From assembly GCA_963708135.1 (NCBI GenBank), contig OY970192.1, positions 2,560,001-2,624,000 on the forward strand: DNA of 64,000 bases, written 5' to 3'. The notes below the pieces were generated by a model. It ran no database searches, had not been told where the DNA came from, and was given only the letters and a program-made list of their open reading frames with translations. Positions 57,892 through 64,000 of the stretch are shown here, one piece after another. How positions within the stretch are numbered: position 1 is the stretch's first letter; every line of letters begins with the position of its first letter. This DNA is from an uncultured Gemmatimonadales bacterium. GTDB taxonomy: Bacteria; Gemmatimonadota; Gemmatimonadetes; Longimicrobiales; RSA9. The position numbers and the translations under genes were made by a program.

Positions 57892-57921
57892 TTGACGGCC
57901 GGAAAAGTCGGTCTCTATCTT
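57892..57921 (+). promoter_or_regulatory. Divergent sigma70 promoter toward moxR
   Basis: TTGACG-N18-TATCTT. Confidence 0.55.
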
Positions 57922-58141
57922 GCGAAGCCGGGGCCACCCAACGACTTCTGGCCATGGAGGCCGCCGGGCTCGCGCGGGCGCGGTGGGCCGCGCGACCGCT
58001 CACGCGGGCGGCGGCGGGACCGGTGCGTGTGCGGCGGGGTAGCACGGCGGAAGCGGTTGCGGCAGGCCAGGGTGCGCGCGGACGGACGCGGCGCCCGCGG
58101 CGGATTTCGGACGACGGATCGGTGGGAGGGACCGCAAGGCA

Positions 58142-59170
58142 ATGGAAGCGACGGCGGCGCGGGCGACGGGCTCGGAGGGGGAGGAGGATCTTGCGCTCCT
58201 GGAGCAGCTGGCGAAGAGCCGGCGGGTGCTCGAGGCGGAGATCGCGAAGCGGGTGGTGGGGCAGCGGGAGATCGTGGAGGGGCTGCTGATCGCGTTGCTC
58301 GCGGATGGGCACGCGCTGCTGGTCGGCGTGCCGGGTCTGGCCAAGACGCTGCTGATCTCGACGCTGGCGGATACGCTGGACCTGGCGTTCAGCCGGATCC
58401 AGTTCACGCCGGACCTGATGCCGTCGGACATCACGGGCACGGAGGTACTGGAGGAAGACCGGTCCACGGGGAAGCGGGCGTTCCGATTCATCCGGGGCCC
58501 GATCTTCGCGAACGTGGTGCTGGCGGACGAGATCAACCGGACGCCGCCGAAGACGCAGGCGGCGCTGCTGCAAGCGATGCAGGAGCGTGCGGTGACGGTG
58601 GCGGGGGAGACGCTGTCGCTGGACCGGCCGTTCTTCGTTCTGGCGACGCAGAATCCGATCGAGCAGGAGGGCACGTATCCGCTGCCGGAGGCGCAGCTCG
58701 ACCGCTTCATGCTGGAGCTGCGGATCGGGTATCCGACGCGCGAGGAGGAGGAGCGGGTGGCGCAGCAGACGACGGGCTCGGCGACGGCGAACGTGCAGCC
58801 GGTGCTGAGCGGCGCGGAGCTGGTGCGGCTGCAGCGGCTGGTGCGGCGGGTACCCGCGCCGCCGTCGCTGGTGGGGTACGCGGTTCGCCTGGCACGCTCG
58901 ACGCGGCCCGAGGATGCGGAGGCGCCGGAGCCGATCCGGCGCTACGCCAGCTGGGGGGCCGGCCCCCGAGCCTCGCAGTACCTGGTGCTGGGGGCGAAGG
59001 CGCGGGCCGCCATGGATGGCCGGGGCGTGCCGAACCTCGAGGATGTGCGCGCGGTGGCGCCGGCGGTGCTGCGCCATCGGGTGGTGACCAACTTCCAGGC
59101 GGAAGCGGACGGGCGCGGCCCGGAGGACGTGGTCCAGGAGCTGATCCAGCTGAGCCGGGCATGGACGTAG
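58142..59170 (+). CDS. MoxR-family AAA+ ATPase
   Basis: GVPGLAKT, RIQFTPDLMPSD, DEINR, ATQNPIEQEGTYPLPEAQLDRF. Confidence 0.96.
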   Translation: MEATAARATGSEGEEDLALLEQLAKSRRVLEAEIAKRVVGQREIVEGLLIALLADGHALLVGVPGLAKTLLISTLADTLDLAFSRIQFTPDLMPSDITGTEVLEEDRSTGKRAFRFIRGPIFANVVLADEINRTPPKTQAALLQAMQERAVTVAGETLSLDRPFFVLATQNPIEQEGTYPLPEAQLDRFMLELRIGYPTREEEERVAQQTTGSATANVQPVLSGAELVRLQRLVRRVPAPPSLVGYAVRLARSTRPEDAEAPEPIRRYASWGAGPRASQYLVLGAKARAAMDGRGVPNLEDVRAVAPAVLRHRVVTNFQAEADGRGPEDVVQELIQLSRAWT

Positions 59171-59213
59171 ACCGAAGACGCGACGAGCGGCGCTCGCCCA
59201 TCCGGGACGCGGC

Positions 59214-59741
59214 ATGCTGCCGCTGATCGTCTTTCTCGTCGTCGCAATCGGCTTCTCGGCCTTTTTCACCGCCGCGCAGGCGGCGCTCTTCTCGGTACCG
59301 GAAAGCCGGGTGCGGACGCTGGCGGAGGAGGGACGCCGGGGGAGCCGGTCGCTGCAGCGCCTCCGTGCCGAGCCGGAGCGGACGCTGATCCTGCTGCGTC
59401 TCGGGGACGTGGTCTCGGATGTGGCCGCGGCGCTGGCCGCCGGTTACCTGGCATTCACGCTCGACGGCGTGGCCGTGGCGCTGGTGGTCGCGGTGGTGGC
59501 GCTGCTGATCCTGCTCGGCGGCGAGCTGGTCCCGATCCGCTTCGCGGTGCGGCGCGGCGCGCGGCTCGCCCTGGCGCTCTCTCCTTCCCTGGTGCTCCTC
59601 TCGCGCGTCCTCTCCCCGCTCCTGGCCGTGCTGCAGCGGCTCGCGCACTTCCTGCCGGAGAGCTCCCCGATGGGCTTTTCCGGCCTGCCGGAGACGGAGC
59701 TGCGCGAGCTGACGGCGCTCGGCCATGGCGGGGGGGAGTGA
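59214..59741 (+). CDS. CNNM/DUF21 transmembrane half of a hemolysin/CorB-family protein
   Basis: FSAFFTAAQAALFS, GELVP. Ends just after a G7 run where the frame changes. Confidence 0.8.
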   Translation: MLPLIVFLVVAIGFSAFFTAAQAALFSVPESRVRTLAEEGRRGSRSLQRLRAEPERTLILLRLGDVVSDVAAALAAGYLAFTLDGVAVALVVAVVALLILLGGELVPIRFAVRRGARLALALSPSLVLLSRVLSPLLAVLQRLAHFLPESSPMGFSGLPETELRELTALGHGGGE

Positions 59742-60775
59742 TGGAGGAGCACGAGCGCCAGTTGATCGAGCGGGCCGTACGGCTGGACGAATGGCGGGCG
59801 TGGGACATCATGACGCCGCGCGTGGACGTCTTCGCCTGGCAGGACTCGCTCACGCTCGCCGCGATCGCTCCGCAGCTCGGCACGGTGCCCTATTCCCGGG
59901 TGCCGGTCTACGGGGCAAGCGTGGACGACATCACCGGCGTGCTCTACCTCCGCGACGCCTATCAGGCGCTCGTGACGGGGCAGCGCAATGTGCCGCTGCG
60001 GGAGCTCGCGCGCGAGCCGCTCATCGTGCCGGGATCGGTTGCGCTGACGAAGCTGCTGCGCGACTTCCAGACGAGGCGCATCCACCTGGCCATCGTGGTG
60101 GACGAGTACGGCGGCACGGACGGCCTGGTGACGCTGGAGGATGTGCTCGAGGAGCTGGTCGGCGAGATCGTGGACGAGACGGACGTCCCGGAGGAGGAGC
60201 CGATCGTGCGCATCTCGCGCCACGAGCTGCTCGCCGCCGGAGACGCGGACCTGCGGGAGATCAACCACTTCTTCAACACGTCGCTGCCGCAGCTGGAGCA
60301 CCGCTCGCTGAACGGGTATCTGCTCGACGAGCTGGGCCGGGTGCCGGACGCGGGCGAGGCGCTGGAGCGGGACGGGGTCCGCATCGAGGTTCTCGAGGCC
60401 ACGGAGACCCAGGTGCTGCGGGCCCGCGTGCACCGCGCCGGCGCGAGCGAAGCGGCCGCCGCAGGTGCCGGGCCGGGGACCGCGGAAGAGGCACCGGCCG
60501 GGGCCGGCGCCGAAGCGTCCTCGAGCCCTTCAGCCGATGGGCCGACGGCTCGGGAGCGGCGCGGCCCTCCGGCCACGATCGGCGGCACGGAGGCGGTGGG
60601 CGGCGGCGGGGGCAGCCGGCGCGGCGAGCCGCCGGAACGCGTGGCCGGATCTGACAGCCCGCGGCAGGCGGAGGGCGGCGCGCCGGGCGGCAGACGCCCC
60701 CCGCTGCAGGGACCGGCGCCCCAGGTCGGGCCCTCGCGCGGCTCCGGAGCGGCCGGGCGGGCGGCGGGCGAATGA
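59738..60775 (+). CDS. CBS-pair + CorC/HlyC half of a hemolysin/CorB-family protein
   Basis: DIMTPR, YSRVPVY, VVDEYGGTDGLVTLEDVLEELVGEI. Confidence 0.88.
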   Translation: MMEEHERQLIERAVRLDEWRAWDIMTPRVDVFAWQDSLTLAAIAPQLGTVPYSRVPVYGASVDDITGVLYLRDAYQALVTGQRNVPLRELAREPLIVPGSVALTKLLRDFQTRRIHLAIVVDEYGGTDGLVTLEDVLEELVGEIVDETDVPEEEPIVRISRHELLAAGDADLREINHFFNTSLPQLEHRSLNGYLLDELGRVPDAGEALERDGVRIEVLEATETQVLRARVHRAGASEAAAAGAGPGTAEEAPAGAGAEASSSPSADGPTARERRGPPATIGGTEAVGGGGGSRRGEPPERVAGSDSPRQAEGGAPGGRRPPLQGPAPQVGPSRGSGAAGRAAGE

Positions 60776-61767
60776 GCTCGACGGACGCACCGGCGGCGCC
60801 CGCCGCTCCACCCGTGGATCCGACGCTTCAGGATGTCTACCTCGCCCGGCGCCGGCTGGCCCGCTTCGCCTACCGCACGCCTCTCGAGGCTTCGCCCTGG
60901 CTGTCGGAGATCGCCGGCTGTGCCGTTTACCTCAAGCTGGAATGCTGGCAGCGGACGCGGTCGTTCAAGGCACGCGGCGCCTACAACGCCATTGCGGGCC
61001 TCGCTCACGACACGCGCGCCGGGGGACTCGTGGCCGCCTCGGCCGGGAACCATGGCCAGGGGGTGGCGCTGGCCGCGGATTCGCTCGGCGCGCGGTGCAC
61101 CGTCTTCGTCCCCGCTGGCGCATCGGAGCTGAAGGTCGGCCGGATCCGCGCGCTCGGTGCCGAGGTGCGGATGGTGGAGGGCATCTACAATGACGCGGCG
61201 GCGGCGGCACACGAGTTCGCCGAGGCGAGCGGCGCGTACTACGTGCACGCGTTCTCGGATCCCGCCATCGTGGCGGGCCAGGGCACGGTCGGACTGGAGA
61301 TCCTGGAGGAGCTGCCCGCCCTGGCGGAGGTGGTCGTGCCGGTGGGTGGCGGCGGGCTCGTGGCGGGGGTGGGCACGGTGCTGAAGTCGGCCAGCCCGGG
61401 CGCCCGGGTCACGGGAGTGCAGACTGAGCACGCGTGCTCGATGGCCGCGTCCTTCGAGGCCGGCCGCGCGGTGCTCGGCACGCTCGGCGAGACCATCGCG
61501 GACGGGCTGCACGGCGGGGTCGAGGAGGCGAGCTACAGGCGCGCGCGCCGGGTAGTGGACCGCATGGTCGTGATCCCGGAGACCGGGCTCGAGGAAGCCA
61601 TCCGGGAGCTCTACCGGCGCCACGGCGTGGTGGCGGAAGGATCGGGCGCGGTGCCGGTGGCGGCGGTGCTCGGCGGGCGGCTCGACGTGCGCGGACCCGC
61701 GGTGCTCGTGATCAGCGGGGGCAACATCGACGCCGGTCGGCTCGGACGGATTCTCGCGCGCGAATGA
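60772..61767 (+). CDS. PLP-dependent threonine/serine dehydratase family protein
   Basis: SFKARGA, SAGNHGQG, PVGGGGL, ISGGNID; no regulatory domain. Confidence 0.9.
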   Translation: MSSTDAPAAPAAPPVDPTLQDVYLARRRLARFAYRTPLEASPWLSEIAGCAVYLKLECWQRTRSFKARGAYNAIAGLAHDTRAGGLVAASAGNHGQGVALAADSLGARCTVFVPAGASELKVGRIRALGAEVRMVEGIYNDAAAAAHEFAEASGAYYVHAFSDPAIVAGQGTVGLEILEELPALAEVVVPVGGGGLVAGVGTVLKSASPGARVTGVQTEHACSMAASFEAGRAVLGTLGETIADGLHGGVEEASYRRARRVVDRMVVIPETGLEEAIRELYRRHGVVAEGSGAVPVAAVLGGRLDVRGPAVLVISGGNIDAGRLGRILARE

Positions 61768-62303
61768 TGGCGCACCTCCTTCCCTTCAACGGCATCGCGC
61801 CCACGATCCATCCGAGCGCGTTCCTCGCCCCGACGGCCGTGATCATCGGCAACGTCCACGTGGGCGCGGAATCGAGCGTCTGGTTCGGTGCGGTCCTGCG
61901 GGGTGACGACCCGACACACGGTATCCGGATCGGCGCACGCACCAGCGTTCAGGACAATTGCGTGCTGCACGTGAGCGCCCGCGGCCCCACCCTGGTCGGC
62001 GACGGCGTCACCATCGGACACGGCGCCGCCTTCGAGAGCTGCGAGATCCGACGCGGCGCCCTGATCGGCATGAACAGCGTGCTGCTGCACGGGGCCGTGA
62101 TCGACGAGGAGGCGCTGGTGGCCGCGCTCAGCGTCGTCCCGGCGGGAATGCACGTGCCGCCCCGAACGCTGGTGGCGGGCGCGCCGGCGCGGGTGCGCAA
62201 GCAGCTCTCCGGCGCCGCGGCCGACTGGATCGGGGGGAGCGCGGCGCACTACGTCGCGCTGTCGAGGAGCTACCTGCAGCAGGGGATCGGACGCGGTGAG
62301 TGA
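61764..62303 (+). CDS. Gamma carbonic anhydrase-family (hexapeptide) protein
   Basis: WFGAVLRGD, QDNCVLH, TIGH. Confidence 0.9.
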   Translation: MMAHLLPFNGIAPTIHPSAFLAPTAVIIGNVHVGAESSVWFGAVLRGDDPTHGIRIGARTSVQDNCVLHVSARGPTLVGDGVTIGHGAAFESCEIRRGALIGMNSVLLHGAVIDEEALVAALSVVPAGMHVPPRTLVAGAPARVRKQLSGAAADWIGGSAAHYVALSRSYLQQGIGRGE

Positions 62304-63408
62304 GCGGAGCGTGGATGTCGTCGTGATCGGCGGCGGCGTGATCGGGTGCGCCGTGGCCTGGCGCGCCGCGCAGCGCGGCCTCTCCGTCACCGTGCTGGAA
62401 CGCGGCACCCCGGGGAGGCAGGCGACGTGGGCGGCCGCGGGCATGCTCTCCGCCGCCGGCCACTCCGTCGCTGCGACGCCGGTGGATGCGCTGGCATCGA
62501 CGAGCCTCGAGCTGTACCCGGCGTTCGTCGCCGAGCTGCGGGAGGCGACCGGCGTGGACGTCGGGCACCGGATCGCCGGCGCGCTCTTCACGGCGTTCGA
62601 CGATGCGGAGGGCGAGCACCTGCGCGCGATGGTGGAGGGGCAGGCTGCGCGGGGGCATCCCGTGCGCGTAGTCGAGGCGGCCGAGGCGCGGCGCCTCGAG
62701 CCCGCGCTCTCCGCCGAGGTGCGCCTGGCCGCGCTCAACAGGGCGGACCAGGTGCTGGACAACCGCCGGCTCGCGCAGGCTCTCTGGGGCGCAGCCGCCA
62801 GGGCCGGCGTGCGCTTCAGATTGAATGGGGCGGCGCGGGCGATCGACGGCGAGGGAGTTCGCCTGGCGGACGGCGACACGGTCCGGGCGGACCGGATCGT
62901 GCTCGCGGGCGGGTGCTGGAGTGGCCAGATCGAGGGGCTTGCCCGGGCGGTGCCGACGGAGCCCGTGCGCGGCCAGATGGCGGTGGTGCGGGTGGTGCCT
63001 GCGCCGCTCGGGCGGCCCATCTGGGGCGCCGGCGGCTACGTTGTGCCGCGCGCGGACGGCCGCGTGCTCATCGGCGCCACGTCGGAGCGCGCGGGGTTCC
63101 GGCCGCAGCCGACGGCCGGCGGGATCCGCGGCCTGCTCGACCTCGGCCTCAGGCTGCTTCCGGCCCTCGCCGACGCGCCGCTGGTGGACGCGTGGGCGGG
63201 GCTGCGGCCGGGCACCCCGGACGATCTGCCGATCCTCGGCGAGGATCCCGACGAGCGGCGCGTGGTCTACGCGACCGGCCACTTCCGCAACGGCATCCTG
63301 CTCGCACCCATCACCGCGGACGTGATCGCCGCCGTGCTGACGGGGGAGGCGCCGAGGGTCGCGCTCGCGGCGTTCGGAGCGGAGCGTTTCGATGCGCGGC
63401 GGGACTGA
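62296..63408 (+). CDS. thiO: Glycine oxidase ThiO
   Basis: GGGVIG, ATWAAAGML, PVRGQ, WAGLRP, TGHFRNGILLAP. Confidence 0.9.
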   Translation: MSERSVDVVVIGGGVIGCAVAWRAAQRGLSVTVLERGTPGRQATWAAAGMLSAAGHSVAATPVDALASTSLELYPAFVAELREATGVDVGHRIAGALFTAFDDAEGEHLRAMVEGQAARGHPVRVVEAAEARRLEPALSAEVRLAALNRADQVLDNRRLAQALWGAAARAGVRFRLNGAARAIDGEGVRLADGDTVRADRIVLAGGCWSGQIEGLARAVPTEPVRGQMAVVRVVPAPLGRPIWGAGGYVVPRADGRVLIGATSERAGFRPQPTAGGIRGLLDLGLRLLPALADAPLVDAWAGLRPGTPDDLPILGEDPDERRVVYATGHFRNGILLAPITADVIAAVLTGEAPRVALAAFGAERFDARRD

Positions 63409-63644
63409 AGGGGCAGGCCCGGCGCCGGAGGGGCCGGACGGCCGGCGGGGGCGCGAGGCCGCGCCGGAGGAGGCGTCGCCTTCGGGAAGAGCGCCGGCGG
63501 GGCCCGGGCGGCCGCCCGAGGTGGGCGCCGGCGCACCTGCCGACGCGATCGTGTGCGAGCGCTGCGGCAGCGGAGATGTACAACTCCCACTGCAAGATCC
63601 TCTGCCCCGTCTGCGGCTACATGCGCGACTGCAGCGACCCCTGA
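63392..63644 (+). CDS. Small CxxC zinc-finger protein with a frameshift near 63569
   Basis: IVCERCG in one frame continues as AEMYNSHCKILCPVCGYMRDCSDP* in the next. Confidence 0.6.
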
Positions 63645-63651
63645 GGGAGGG

Positions 63652-64000
63652 TCAGGGTGTGCCGACCATGGTGCGCAGGTACCACGCGATCATGGCGCCA
63701 CCCCAGGTATAGGTGATGGCGGCGCCCAGGGCGAGGAAGGTGCCGAGGGGCAGGTAGGTGCCGAGCAGCGTGAGGCGCCCGCGCCACCAGCTGAGCGGCA
63801 CACCGATCACAAGCCCCAGGACGGACCCCAGCAGCACCGTCAACAGCATCCCCGAGACGCCCACGAACGCCCCGACCATGGCCATCATGTGGATGTCCCC
63901 CACGCCGAGCGCGGGCCGCCCGAGCGCCTTCTCCGCAGCCAGCTTGACCGCCCACAGGAAGAAGTAGCCGACCCCCGCGCCCAGCAGCGCGTGCAGAAAC
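63652..64000 (-). CDS. pilD: Prepilin peptidase A24, C-terminal part (runs off the window)
   Basis: LGVGDIHMMAMVGAFVG (GxGD) and LPLGTFLALG TM tail. Confidence 0.88.
   Translation of the reverse strand, partial: FLHALLGAGVGYFFLWAVKLAAEKALGRPALGVGDIHMMAMVGAFVGVSGMLLTVLLGSVLGLVIGVPLSWWRGRLTLLGTYLPLGTFLALGAAITYTWGGAMIAWYLRTMVGTP

Noticed and set aside
57928..58141. Riboswitch or ncRNA in the roughly 210-nt moxR leader, and in the atpB-atpE spacer 56082-56291
   Set aside because: GC-rich with possible hairpins but no family motif I can recognise; needs an Infernal/Rfam search.

Overview
Very GC-rich bacterial chromosome segment, mostly housekeeping. Gene content and order suggest Gemmatimonadota (inference, not verified). 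In order: an IS630 element stacked next to a 161-bp MITE at a CTAG shared by the stop codons of two convergent genes; DHH phosphoesterase, ferritin-like/DUF883 fusion, small HTH gene and tRNA-Lys(TTT); a full V/A-type ATPase operon (G-I-K-E-C-F-A-B-D) with three single-base frameshifts; a REC-PAS-GGDEF-EAL protein; ffh-rpsP-rimM-trmD-rplS-rnhB; purA, pilT, dapA-dapB-dapH, trpS, suhB, PBP1A, pdp, otsA; a REC-GGDEF cyclase, ligA-V4R-ruvX-mltG-thiE and a sigma54 activator; a 23S-5S rRNA unit with its own promoter and boxA but no 16S; rlmI; a complete F1Fo operon whose promoter is overlapped by a Rex-like operator; moxR, split CNNM/CorC, threonine dehydratase, gamma-CA, thiO, a small zinc finger and partial pilD. 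I found no CRISPR array, defence island or prophage. The best leads are the stop-codon-preserving IS/MITE stack, two rotary ATPases with different redox-type operators (Rex-like and FNR-like), the unlinked rRNA unit and five candidate sigma54 promoters. Five single-base indels in otherwise intact genes may be assembly errors.
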